A stretch of 58,327 bases of DNA from Selaginella moellendorffii (taxonomy: Eukaryota > Plantae > Lycopodiophyta). Position 1 is the stretch's first letter; each line of letters starts with the position of its first letter. The notes beneath the pieces were generated by a model that was not told the origin of the DNA, did not search any database, and was given only the letters and a program-made list of their open reading frames with translations. The DNA lies in assembly GCF_000143415.4 (NCBI RefSeq), contig NW_003314287.1:139841-198167 (forward strand), read 5' to 3'. Below are positions 10,013 through 21,961 of the stretch, piece after piece. Position numbers and translations under genes: made by a program.

Positions 10013-13000
10013 CTGTCTGTGGGTGATAGGCCGTGCTGAATTTCAACTTGGTGCGATACTGTTCTAGGAGTGTCCTCCAGAACCTACTGGTGAAGATCTT
10101 ATCTCGATCTGAGATAATCTCTTCCGGCCTTCCCCACACTCGAACCACTTGTTCGAAGAACAGCTTCGCCACACCTTCCGCATCCACATCCGTTGTGGTG
10201 GGTATGAAATGTGCCATCTTTGAAAATCGGTCCACCACCACGAATATCGCATCGAACCCCTCGCTTGGGGGTAGTCCCGTGATGAAGTCCATCGTGAGAC
10301 ATTTCCACGGACGATCTGGAATGGGGATGCTTTGCAACAAGCCCCCACTAGCCTTCGTCACGGCTTTGACCTGCTGACATGTTGGACATGTCTTTACATA
10401 GTCTTGGACGTCCTTAGCCATATCTGGCCAGTGATACTTCCTTTTGAGTAAGCCCATCGTCTTGGGCACTCCGCTGTGTCCCGCGAGAGGTTTGTCATGA
10501 CACTCTTCCAAGGCTACCTTCCTTAGTTCCCCTTCTGGAACATACACCCTCGTTTGCTTGTAATATATGAGTCCGTTGCGTTCCGCATAGCCCGTTTTCT
10601 CTTCCGTTGGCAGCTCACCTCTCTGGTGAGCTTCCCGCGCCTCCAGATTCCTCAGCAACACTTCTTGTGCTAGACCATCACTCTCGTATGCGGTCCGCAC
10701 ATCGTCCCAAAAGGTTGCTGTCGCGCTAGATATCGCCAACTTCAAGCTCGCTTTTCGACTTAGCGCATCTGCCACGATGTTGCTCTTCCCAGGCTTGTAC
10801 AGGATCTCGCAATCAAACTCGGCCAAAGCATTGGCCCACCGACCTTGTTTTCCCCTTAGGTCGGGCTGTGACAAGAAGTGTTTTGTTGCCACATTGTCCG
10901 TGTAAACCTTGAAGTGTCTCCCAAGATAGTGTCGCCACTCCTTGAGCGCCTTGACCACCGCAAACAATTCCTTCTCGTGGGCAGGCCACTTCCGTTGAGC
11001 CTTGTCCAGCTTCTTCGAGAAGAACGCTACTGGATGGTTGTCTTGCTTCAAAACTGCACCCAACGCAAAGTCCGAAGCATCCGTGTCTACCTCAAAGTCC
11101 TTACCAAAGTCTGGTAATGCCAACACCGGAGCCTTCCTCAACTTCCCTTTGAGGTGGACAAATGCCGCCTCGCATTCCGCTATCCATACCATCTTCCCTT
11201 TTCCTGTTTGGTCCGTTAAGGGCAGGGCTACTCTCGAATAGTGTCTGATAAACTTTCGATAGTAGTTGCATAGCCCCAGGAACGCCCTCAACTCATGTAC
11301 ATTCGATGGTCGTTCCCATTCCTGGATCGCTTGGACCTTCTCCGGGTCCACCTTGAGCCCGTCCTGGCCCACCACATGCCCAAGAAACTTTACCTCTTGT
11401 TGAGCAAAGTCACATTTGCTCTCTTTAGCATACAGTTTGTGTTCCCTTAGTTTCTCAAACACCTTCACCAAGTGTTCGGCATGCTCCTCTAGCGTCTCGC
11501 TATAGATCAGGATGTCGTCAATATAGACGACCACGAAGCGATCCAGATAGGGTACAAAGATGTGGTTCATCAACGCCGAAAACGTTGCCGGCGCATTGCA
11601 CAGCCCAAAGGGCATCACCAAAAACTCAAAGCTCCCATACCTCGTTCGACAGATTGTCTTCTCGACATCTTCCTCAGCTACCCTGATCTGGTAGTATCCT
11701 GACCTTAGGTCAATCCTCGAGAAGTATTTTGCCTTTCCCAACCTATCGAACAGGTCCTCGATCCTTGGCAAAGGGTACTTGTTCTTCTTGGTATACTTGT
11801 TGAGCAACCGGTAGTCTATGCACATGCGTATAGATCCATCTTTCTTTTTCACAAATAGCACCGGCGCCCCATACGGCGACTTGCTCAACCTAACATACCC
11901 TTTGTCCACCAACTCCTCTAGTTGGCTCTTGAGCTCCTTGAGTTCTTTTTCGTTCAATCGATAGGGTGGACGAACCACCGCCTCAGCACCCTCGACCAGC
12001 TCAATCTTATGTTCTATCGGTCGTGCGGGGGGCAACCCCGCCGGTAGCTCCTCTGGCATGGTATCCTGGAATTGGTCCAGCACCTGCTGGATCACTAAAG
12101 GTACTTCTTCCGTTCTTGTCTTTTTGTCACTCTTCACCGAGAGTAAGCACAAAAAGGCTGCCTTAGTTCCTTTAGTGAGTTGTCCTCTCGTGGACACCAG
12201 GTTTAAGCATGACTCTTTGGCCTTGCTTTGCCCTACCTTTAGGTCCTAGGCCTCCACCCTAGATCTTCTTCCTTGGGCATTTGCCAATACCACAAGATTC
12301 CTACCTTGTCCATGCAGGGCTACCACGAACCGATTAAACCAATCCATTCCGAAGATCACGTCAAATCCCGCCATGTCCAACACGGTGAAATCCATGTCCA
12401 CTTTCCATGTCCCCACTTCGACTCTCGCTTGTCGAAGTATCTCATCGGTGCTTTGGCTACCCTGAACAAACTCTATAGTCCTTGGTTCGCCTAGCCGCTG
12501 CACCGTTAGTCCGGCTTGCCGGACTATGTCTGCAGCCACAAAATTATCCGAAGCACCCGTGTCAATAAGGATCTTAACAAAGCTACCTCCGAGCTTCCCT
12601 CGGAGGGCTAGTAGATGTCGCGAACGACTCTCTACCAAAGTTGCTCGTGTAATGAGTAACTTTGAGTTAGGGACTGGATCACATACCTCAGTTTGGACTT
12701 CGCCCGACTTGATGGCCATATTGGCTCTGGCCTTCTTTAGGTAGGGACATTCCCTCGAGAAGTGTCCCGCTTCGCCGCAGTTATAGCATATGTTGTTGCC
12801 CACGCTGCTATACGACTTGACCTTCTTATTCGTGGGTTTGTCTTTTTTCGCTTGACTTCCCCACGTACTCGCTCGCTGGACACCAGCTTTGCCTTTCCGG
12901 AACCCCGAGGACTCATTCTTAGAGAAACTCTTCTTGAATTTCCCCTTGCTATATGTTCCCCTCGGTTTGGCCCCTTTGTGAAACGTGGATCCCGACCCCG

Positions 13001-13930
13001 TCGTGTTCCCCTTTCACAGGTTATCGTTGAAATGCACCTTGATGGCCGCATCCAACGCTTCCTTGTAGTTGGTCGGGTTCCAGCGCATCACCTCACCGCG
13101 AGCCCAGGTTTGCAAACCTGATATAAAGGCATGGAACGCATCCATATCCCCCATGTCCGTGACAAGTATCCTCTTTGCCATGAACCCATTCACATATTCC
13201 TGGATGGTTCCAGTCTGCTTCAGCCTACTCAACTCATCTCTCAGATGCAGAGTGGCATTCGGAGGAACGTATGTCACGCGGATCCTCGCCTTCATCATGT
13301 CCCAGGTGGCCACCGGTCCTTCGTTGGCCTCCGTTGTTCTCCACCAAGACTTGGCATTATCTGCCAAGTATGGTTTTGCACATGGGACCTTCTCCGAGCT
13401 CAGTAACCGCAACGCTCGGAAGTAGTCCTCCATATCGTAAAACCAATCCTCCACAACCTTATAGTCGTTCACTCCCTTGAACACCGGTGGGGGCTTTGGT
13501 TTGTACTTGGGAACTGCCTGAGGGACTGATTCCACTTCGGTCTGTTCGACCTTGTCTGGTTTTGCCTCAGTCCCTGCCGAAGGGTCCGCACCTTCTGCGC
13601 TGCCAGCATCCGCAGTCTTTCGCTTTTTCTTCCGCTTCTCGTCACGCTTTAACTTGCGTACGAGAGTCTCCAGCAGGGCATTGGTCTGTGCCAACTGTCC
13701 TTCTAGCACGTCCAATCGAGCCTTGGACGACCGAACCTCGCCACCGGACTCCTGTTTGGAAGTTTCCTCACTGGAGTCCTCCTCATGCAAGGATTCCTCA
13801 TCCATAGCCTCTTGTTCAACCGGAGGCTCCAGCTCCGGCGGAGGTTCCGTCTCCGCCTGGGTTCGCTTACGCCCTGCCCTTGCCATCTCCCAGCAATCCG
13901 CCTCTATCCTTCGCTAGAACTGAGATAAAG

Positions 13931-13942
13931 GCTCCGATACCA
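13931..13942 (-). promoter_or_regulatory. PBS complementary to initiator tRNA-Met
   Basis: TGGTATCGGAGC on the minus strand, 3 nt from the 5' LTR (canonical TGGTATCAGAGC). Confidence 0.85.
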
Positions 13943-13945
13943 AAT

Positions 13946-15095
13946 TGTAAGCCACAAATTTTTCCTTTCCAATTTGCCAGCTTACCTCGTCTATCCGTCT
14001 AACACTGCCTTGGCTTTTGCTAAGTTCCCTTGCCAAGGTTCTCGCCTATGGTACCAGCTCCTACTTGGTTTCAGCTACTCACTGCACGAGCAACGGAGTG
14101 TTAGCCATCCTTCTACGGATTCCCAAATCACTCTCAATCCCCCTCCCCGGGTTAGACTGAACTTAAGGTTCGGCTACACTCCCCGCAAGCACAAGCAGCC
14201 AAGCACACCAAGCTTCCAGGTTCCTAACATCCCTTGGTACCACAAGACTTGATCATGGGACCCTCTAAATCCCAAGTCTTGAGTGCAACACTTGCTTCGG
14301 GACGCCGGGGCGAAACAACGTGGCCTAACGGCCCGGTATGGGTACCTCTCGCCCCCCACTTCCATCCCGAAGGAAGGCCCAAGCCCCTAGGCAGGGCGAG
14401 GACCAATGAGCCGCATGGTACTCAAGTGGGGCACCACTCCACATGAGCCGGGAGCACCGCAATCGGTTTCCCTTTCGGGAGTGGGAGCTGCTCTTGAGCA
14501 CTTCCTTGGATGGCCCCTCCGGCACCAGCCAAGTCCATGCTCACTCCCACCCAAGGCCCCTTAGTCCCAGTCCCAACCTCAAGTCGGTTTGGAAGCCCAA
14601 CTGGAGAGTCCCTTCAAAACTGGTTCCTGGACCTCACTATCCCTACTATACATTTGGAACCCCCTGCAGCCCCCCCCCCCCCTGGGGGAAGCACGCTTTG
14701 GGCTTTCACCCCTTGACCCGTATTAATATTTGGACTTAGTCTCTGGCTCGATCTCGGATCCGATTTCGGATCCGACTTCGGATTCCGTCTCGGACTCGAT
14801 CGCGGACTCCATCTCGGACCCGATCTCGGGCCCGACCTCGGACTCGACTTCGGACTCGGTCTCGGACCCGATTTCGGATCTCGGACTCCGTCTCGAACTC
14901 GGTCTCGAACTCGGACTCGAACTCGGTCCCCGAGTCGGTCTTGGACTCGATTCCGGACTCTATCTCGAACTCGGTCCTAGAGTCGGTCTTGGACTCGATC
15001 TTTGACTTGGTCCCATCCGATGAACTCTTTGTCATTTTGGTCATGCTTTCGGGGTTCCCTTAGCCTACGACACCTCGGCGAGTTGGTTCCTTACA
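13946..15095 (-). repeat. 5' LTR of nested element
   Basis: Repeat of 7574-8721, adjacent to the PBS. Confidence 0.95.
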
Positions 15096-15595
15096 ATAAA
15101 CTTCTATATGGTCATGATCCAATATTACCAATAGAGCTGGGTTTACCTTCGCGATTGCCACGAGCTCCTGATGCTAAGTCATGGGATCAGTATTTGACAA
15201 GCATTCTTCCACTTGTCCGAGCAGAGTCTGCCGAACACTTAGGCCGCGTACAAGTGGGATAACAACGGCGCTACAACTCCCATCATCATCCACCTGCGGA
15301 GTACAAAGTGGATGATTTGGTGTTAGTCCGTTTTCCCCATCTTACGGTACGTGGTTTATCTAAGGGGCTCCTTGCGCAGTGGAAAGGACCGTATCGGGTG
15401 TTGCGGCAAGTTGGACCGCAAGTTTATGAGGTTCGGCATGACGTTCAGCAGGCCGATCCTCCGGAGATTGTGCATGTGCAGCGGTTAAAACGCTTCATAC
15501 AAAGGGATCAGGAGCAGTTAATACCGTCTACAGATCCGCCGATGCCTCCTCCTGACGTTCCTCCAGATCCCGGCCCATCCACAAGAGAACCCTGA
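15096..15595 (+). pseudogene. Integrase C-terminal part of outer element (resumes after the insertion)
   Basis: GASPY|KLLYGHDP continuity across the TSD; WKGPYRV...VHVQRLKRF (GPY/F motif); internal stop at 15260-62; no chromodomain. Confidence 0.88.
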
Positions 15596-15627
15596 CGGCC
15601 TTCCATTATTCCGAGAGGAGGGGATGA

Positions 15628-15801
15628 TGTGAGGGCCAAGTGTACGGCTACGATGCCGTATACTAATATTAGCGTAGTGGATTTTGGTAGCCGTCGGATT
15701 GGTTTCAATCCGGACCACTCGCTCTTGTATATAAACTAGGGTTTTTGGGCTAATTGATATGCACATTTCTGTATTCCCTTTCCATATTCCAGGCACTCGC
15801 A
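15628..15801 (+). repeat. 3' LTR of outer element, preceded by polypurine tract GAGAGGAGGGGA
   Basis: Repeat of 3275-3448. Confidence 0.93.
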
Positions 15802-17974
15802 ATGATATTTTAAGTTCAATAGTTTCAGTGCATTATCATTACATCCTGATAAACCTTTTGGATATGTTAATATAGGATATGTTTCATTAGGGTTCTTTTT
15901 AGCACATTAAACCATAAAGACATGCATGATATTTTATAAATCATAACATTTGTCTAAATGCATAAAGTTTACTTAAAAATAAAAATTTGGGAACGTGGTC
16001 TGGTATAAGAAATTTATAACCCTCAGAAGTAATAGATATTCTAATAGCTAGCATTTACACTTTCTTGAATATAATATCGATTTGTTCCATGTGTAATTGG
16101 TATATTAGTTCTATACTAAATTTTTTATTTTTTCTATCATCATATGTAAATGTCAACTAGCAAAATGAGCTGGTAATCCTTTCCATATTGTTTCAGGTGG
16201 ATTTATAACTATACAAAATGTAGCAAAGTAAAGTACAATTAGAAATTTGAATGTTATCTATCTTATTTAACAATTTTTATAAGGTCACTAATAATTATAC
16301 GCTTTCCACATGGCAATTAACTTGGTTGGTCCAAAATAATAATTAAAATTTTAGTATTTGAGAAGTTGTATTTATATTCATATAATTCTTGCTATATTGT
16401 GTATGTAATTTTTTTTATAAAATGGAAAATTTAAAAATTTAAAAATTTGAATACACATTGCATGCAATAACTCCTGGTTTGCTAATAGTAGTATCATTCA
16501 TGTTTAGTATTATTGAATAATCCAATTGATCAATAATTATAAACATGTTTATACTGTGGTGGGAGATGCATACTCAAGAACGGCCAAGAGAGGCCTCGAC
16601 AAGTCCCTGGCATTTTGAATCGCTGTGAGCAGCCCATCCATCCAGTCCTGATCAGCATTCCACAAGAATCCAAGCAGATTGTATGCAAAGTGTTTAAGAG
16701 GATTGTCCCAGGTGATGGTGAAAAGTTTAATTTATAAACCAAGATTGCACACCAACCATTAGAATAAATAAGAATATACTAGGAATTGTATAAGAAAGTT
16801 TATATATTATAAACATATTTTTAAATTATAAATACAAATTAATCTGTATAAATAACAACTGTTAGATGGTAGAACATTTAAGACTATCCAAATATATTCT
16901 AAGCCAAGTAAGAGAATACAATATAACATACAATATTTATTTAATTCTACTTACCATATAGCTTAAAAGTTTTAGCTTGACAATTGTTAAATAACTTTAA
17001 ACTCAAAGCTTAAATTCGTTATCTTAGGAAATACTACTAGAGAAATCTCAATGGAGGCCTTTCTTTCTCAGAAGCTCATCTCGGAGATTTCTGGCCGAGG
17101 CAGTCCCGTGCGTGGGCACCGCAAGAGAAAGAGGAGGCAATCCAAGAGGCGCTCATCGGATCATTTTATCTCAAGATGGTGCTGCTGCTGCTCCTCCACG
17201 AATTTGGGAGGGATGATCTGCCACGGCTACGTCCGGATGATGCAGGGCCTTCTCAATGTCAAGGGGAATTTGGGATTTCTAGTCATGGGCCAGCATCACG
17301 CCGCATCGCTCAGCAATGTTCTTGTTCTTCCGCTGCGATGCCCCGATGCAATTCCGCCCAGGGCGATATCGAAGAAATCCTAGATCGATCGCGTTTACGC
17401 TCGCGTGAATCGATGGGAAAGATGCGTGTTCTTTGGATGTTTTGGTTTGGAAATTGAGAAACTATGTCTTCTCCGTCCATTCGCTGTTTTCATTGATCCC
17501 TCGATCGAGGAGGCAAATCTTTCGCTTCCAAATCCGATCATCAATCGATCAGCATGCGTTGTAGATCGATCACGCACTACAACGCTGACCCGATCTTTGG
17601 GGAAGAAACCCCTTTCACTGTTCATATTATTAAGACATTCCTTCAGATCGATCCAATAGCCTGCCTGCATTGATGATCAAATCCAAAGATCCACCCACTG
17701 TAGGGTCGGTGCTGTGACCTGGTAGCAAGATGATGACGAAATTGGAGTAGAATTGCCGTGATTTTGACGCGGTCTCGGGAAGAACACATGATGATTTCTT
17801 CCACTCGCTGGAATCGAGTGAGATTGAAACTTTGCTGACTCGGATTCCCGCGTCCAGGTGTGTGCCACGTCTTACAAGTATTTTAGTAATCTAATACGAT
17901 TCGAGCCCTAGACTCGCGCGAGGTGAGAAAGCCCTAGTGCTCGGGAGGAGGAGCTGCGCGCCGGGTGTGCGATC

Positions 17975-18727
17975 ATGGTAAGCGCTAGCGTGGATTTGTT
18001 GAGCTGCATTTCTAGCATGTAGCAAGAGATCAGGACTGGTCTTGGCAGATTTCTTGCGGTTTCTTGCGTTTTGGCAGGATTTCTTGTGATTTCTTGTGTG
18101 AATGGGGAGTTTCTTAGGATGCGTGGAAGATAGGTCTTCATGACAGATATTTGGTCGTTCCACGTTATTTTTTCTGCGAAGTCGTGCCACATTCTAGTGT
18201 GATCTCTAAGAATTCTTTTTCTTTATAGGATGGAGCGAAGAAAGAACCTTATGACACTGGGGATGCTGCGCAAAGCACTGCAGATCTGACCGCCTTTGTA
18301 AGCTTGATTTTTTCCTTGTTCTTTTGTTTTTCCTTCTTTCACTCTTTCATTCTTTTTCTCTTTTACTCTTTCCTCTTTCACTTGTTTTTCAGGTGCAGAA
18401 TCTTCTTCAGCAGATGGTAAGCCCATCTTCGCATTTTTTTACTTGAAACCAACTTCTAGTTTTCTGTGATATAGCAAGCAAGGTTCCAGACGATGTCCGA
18501 TTCGATCATCACAAAAAATATCCTACTTTGGACGCTATTGTTTTCTTCATTGTTTCTTTCTCGCAGCATTGATCCTCCTTAACGACTGAATACTCGACGA
18601 GATGGGAAATCGCATTGACGACCTGGAGAAAAGTATAGGCGAGCTCGTCAAGGAGGTGGGAGCTGACACTCCCGCCTCAGGCAGCTCCAAGCCCAAGGCT
18701 CTACAGAGCGAGGCCTCGGAGCAATAG
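17975..18727 (+). CDS. HSBP: Heat shock factor binding protein (5 exons; not in the ORF track)
   Basis: Spliced translation M|DGAKKEPYDTGDAAQSTADLTAF|VQNLLQQM|QARFQTMSDSIITK|IDEMGNRIDDLEKSIGEL... matches the HSBP1 family. Confidence 0.92.
18518..18593 (+). other. U12-type (minor spliceosome) AT-AC intron in HSBP
   Basis: 5' ATATCCT; branch site TCCTTAAC at 18576-18583; 3' AC; removal restores TKIDEMG. Confidence 0.92.
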
Positions 18728-19745
18728 AGTTTCTGGTATTCTTTTTGTAAATGGCTACACGGCTAGCCAGTACCTACTTTGTTCTTAAGGTAAACGCATT
18801 TCGTGTGAAGTTCCTATGCCTCGTTGCGTTTGCCTTCCTTCTAACGCACACAGGCCTGCGAGTTTTTTTTTTTTTACCGTCGGCCCGTGTGTTCTTTGTT
18901 CCGGGTTCTGGTGCACCAAGATGGCCGACCATGGACTCGAAAAAGAATAGCAAGAAAGAAGAAAAGTGGCTTAAGATACGATTCCCCGAGCTGGTTTCGT
19001 TCCGCATACGTGACCGACCGAAACGTTTACCAGATTGATGAGGAGAATCATATTCTTTCCTGGCAAGGATTTAGACGAAGTGCCGCTGGTGCCTGCCGCA
19101 TCCATGCACAGAAAGTTTGTGATGAAACGGGGGAGAAGGATGAAAACTCAAGCTCTCCAGCTTCTCTAGGCCAGTTTGAGAACTAGAAGTCACGGCTCCT
19201 CAGAGAAAACTCGAGGGCACTTGGTGCAACGATTTACGCAGTAATTTACGCAGTCCGAGATGAGACAGTGACACAGGCTGAGATTCTAAGGGACAGTGAC
19301 GCTGCAGGATTAGCAGTCCGGGTATCTCTGCTAAAGCTTTCCTTTTACCGGTTGGCTTAAGTTTGGCAGCACGACAATACTGTTCTTGGTGGCTGAAAGG
19401 GTGGTGTGAATATAAATGGCTGGCACAAGGAAGCGGCTACTGGGCTTTGAATGCACCAGGAACGTTGAGGAAGAGAAAAGGGATACAAATAACAAATGCG
19501 AGGGAGAGATTTAGACTGCAAGCACAAGCAAAGTGTGAGGGGGAGATGTGGGATGCACACTAGTCCAAGGCTGCTGCAAAGCAAAAACCAAAAGAGGGGA
19601 GCACTCTGAGCAGTGGCACGGAAAAATGGAAGTCGGGATTACTTGGTTGCTTAGCTCGAGAAAAGCAGGGCCGGGTTTCTTGTCATGAGCAGCTTTTTTT
19701 TTCCCTCCTCGGCCAACTTTTGAAGAGGCTCTTTTCGACTTGAAA

Positions 19746-21366
19746 ATGGCGGCTTTCTTCTACTTCGTCGTCGTCGTCGTCGGCGTTGCTTGCTTCTTCC
19801 AGGCATCGGTGGTGGTTTCCGGCGATCGATTCTGTGGCCAAGGCGGCGATCAAGTCAGTTATGTGCGTGCTCGAGGCTCGGAGTTCGTGCTTGATGATCG
19901 TCCGTTGTTTATCAATGGCTTCAACGCCTACTGGGTAACGTATTACTCGTTCGAGCTCGTCACACGGCCCCACGTTAGTAGCTTGTTTCGTGACGCATCG
20001 GCGCTGGGTCTCAACGTTGCGAGAGTCTGGGCCTTCAATGACGGTGGCTATCACGCTATCCAGGCCACTCCTGGCGCCTACAATGAGGAAGCTTTCCAGG
20101 TACTAAAACTTGAGAGAAGAACTTTTCTTGTTTCTTCTTGTGAGTTTCTGATTGTTCTACATTCGCAGGGACTTGACTTTGTCATTGCGGAGGCACAAAG
20201 CTATGGTCTGATGCTGATACTCAGCTTGAGCAACAACTACAACTCCTATGGAGGAAAGCCGCAGTATGCGCAATGGGCTCAGGAGGCCGGTCACAGCGTG
20301 GAATCGGAGGACGATTTCTTCAAACATTCTGTCATCAAAGGCTACTACAAGAATTATGTGAAGGTGAGAATTCGGTTTCGCTCTTTCCCTCTTTTTTTAA
20401 AACTTTAGCGTGCAACGGGAATCTCGTTTCTCCTCTTGTCGTGTTCTTTTCGTGAGCATTTTTCTGACCAAAGTTCTGTTTTTTATTTTTTTGTTTTCGT
20501 TTTTCCAGGCCGTGCTTACAAGAGTGAACACCATCACTGGAGTCGCGTACCGAGATGATCCGACGATTTTTGCCTGGGAGCTGATTAATGAACCGAGATG
20601 TAGCTCCGATCCCTCTGGTGACACCCTCCAGGTTAGCATTCATTCATTTTTCTATCAAGTATTTCATTCGGTCGCTTCGTTTCTCCAATTCACGAACTTG
20701 TTCCTATCCAGGCTTGGATCGAGGAGATGTCGGCATTTGTAAAATCTCTCGACAGCAACCATATGCTCGAGGTTGGTCTCGAAGGCTTCTACTGCTCCTC
20801 GGATCTACAGAGAGCGGGTCTCGGCAGCTGGTCGAGTGATCTCGGCACTGATTTCATTCGCAACAACGCGATTCCAAGCATTGACTTTGCGACCGTGCAC
20901 AGCTATCCCGACTTGTGGTAAGCAAATTCTTTCTGCAAAATCCAATTTTTTTCGTTAAAATAAAGCGTGTTCAAGCTTCTAAAGCTTCTTTCTTCTTCTC
21001 AGGCTCCCAGACGAGGACTTCGAGGTTCAGCTCTCTTTCCTCGTCCAGTGGATACAGAACCACATCGAGGACGCGGCCGTGAGGCTGAACAAGCCCGTGC
21101 TCTTCGCGGAATTCGGCAAATCAAACCGGACTCGCGGGTTCGTGGTAGAGCAGAGGGACAGGTTCTTCGCGGCCACGTACGAGACGATCTTCTCGTCGTT
21201 TCCGGCCGCTGCCGCGGGTGGACTGCTGTGGCAGCTGGTCACGGAGGAGATTGGAGACGCCATCGACGACGGCTACCAAATCGTCCCCAGCAGGAATCCC
21301 AGCACAGTGACTGTCATCTCCACGCAGTCGCAGAGAGTTTCCATCATGAACTCGAGACGCTCGTGA
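19746..21366 (+). CDS. MAN: GH5 endo-1,4-beta-mannanase (multi-exon)
   Basis: Signal peptide; [26 protein letters not shown] (acid/base Glu), [16 protein letters not shown] (nucleophile). Confidence 0.93.
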
Positions 21367-21961
21367 GTTTTAGAAGTTCGTTCTTTTTGGCATTGCAGGG
21401 AAGCACTGAAGTACCGCAGCTTTATAAAAGAGGAAGATAGGAGAGATTTTTAGTCAAGAGTGTCGCGTTCGTGCCACATCAGCACCACGTCAGAGCCACG
21501 ATTATGCTGACGGGGCCCAATCTAGATGACGTGTAAAGCATTCCTTGCTAATAAAAGTAAAGGGGGTAAAGAAAGACGCTATAATGTTTTTAGTTAGGTG
21601 CTAGGGAAGAACAAGGCAGTGGGTGCGCCATTGCGATCCTTCGCGTAGAGCGCGCATGGCGCTAGCAGCTTTCTAGGGTTCATCCAGATCGATTGCATTG
21701 CGGTCGGGAAAATGCTGGATCTGTGACCCCAGATCCGTCCTGTCGGGCGCTTGCCGGTGCGGGATCTCTTGGATTTCTGTGAGTGTTTCGCGGTTTTGCT
21801 TGCTTCTTTTGTAGTGAATTGATTGATTTCTGGCAGGCAGGGATCCGGTGGAGAAATGTCCGTTGCGGACGAGCATTGCTAGCTGCCGCCACAAGCAAGG
21901 TATCGTTTTTTGATAGAGAAGAAAGATCTGGAGTGAGAGATTTTTATCCAGGATAGCGACC

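Larger units (their letters stand above)
9125..13886 (-). pseudogene. gag-pol: Single-frame gag-pol of nested chromovirus with two in-frame stops, one frameshift and two intron-like inserts
   Basis: ORFs 13014-13886, 12246-12803 and 9999-12197 share one frame, separated by TGA (13014-16) and TAG (12246-48). Motifs: CYNCGEAGHFSREC, LIDTGA, YIDDILI, GHSG..CPTC, SDRD; frameshift near 9725; GPY motif; chromodomain YEVEAIL..VKWKGF..ATWEPEENL. Confidence 0.92.
7574..15095 (-). mobile_element. Nested Ty3/gypsy chromovirus (group I chromodomain, tRNA-iMet PBS; Galadriel-like by inference)
   Basis: LTRs 7574-8721 and 13946-15095 (TGTAAG...CTTACA); 5-bp TSD ATAAA at 7569-7573 and 15096-15100; gag-PR-RT-RH-IN-chromodomain on the minus strand. 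Confidence 0.96.
3275..15801 (+). mobile_element. Outer Ty3/gypsy LTR retrotransposon (non-chromovirus, degenerate), interrupted by a nested element
   Basis: Two 174-bp direct repeats TGTGAG...CTCGCA; PBS after the 5' LTR; purine tract before the 3' LTR; gag-PR-RT-RH-IN order; ATGA on both flanks. Confidence 0.95.

Noticed and set aside
12246-13016. In-frame TGA and TAG in the inner gag-pol as programmed readthrough sites
   Set aside because: The TGA lies upstream of the zinc knuckle, and both are simply explained as CGA-to-TGA and CAG-to-TAG decay; other copies are needed to say more
16530-17880. GC-richer patches with short ORFs on both strands
   Set aside because: May be gene remnants, but no recognisable motif or consistent exon chain
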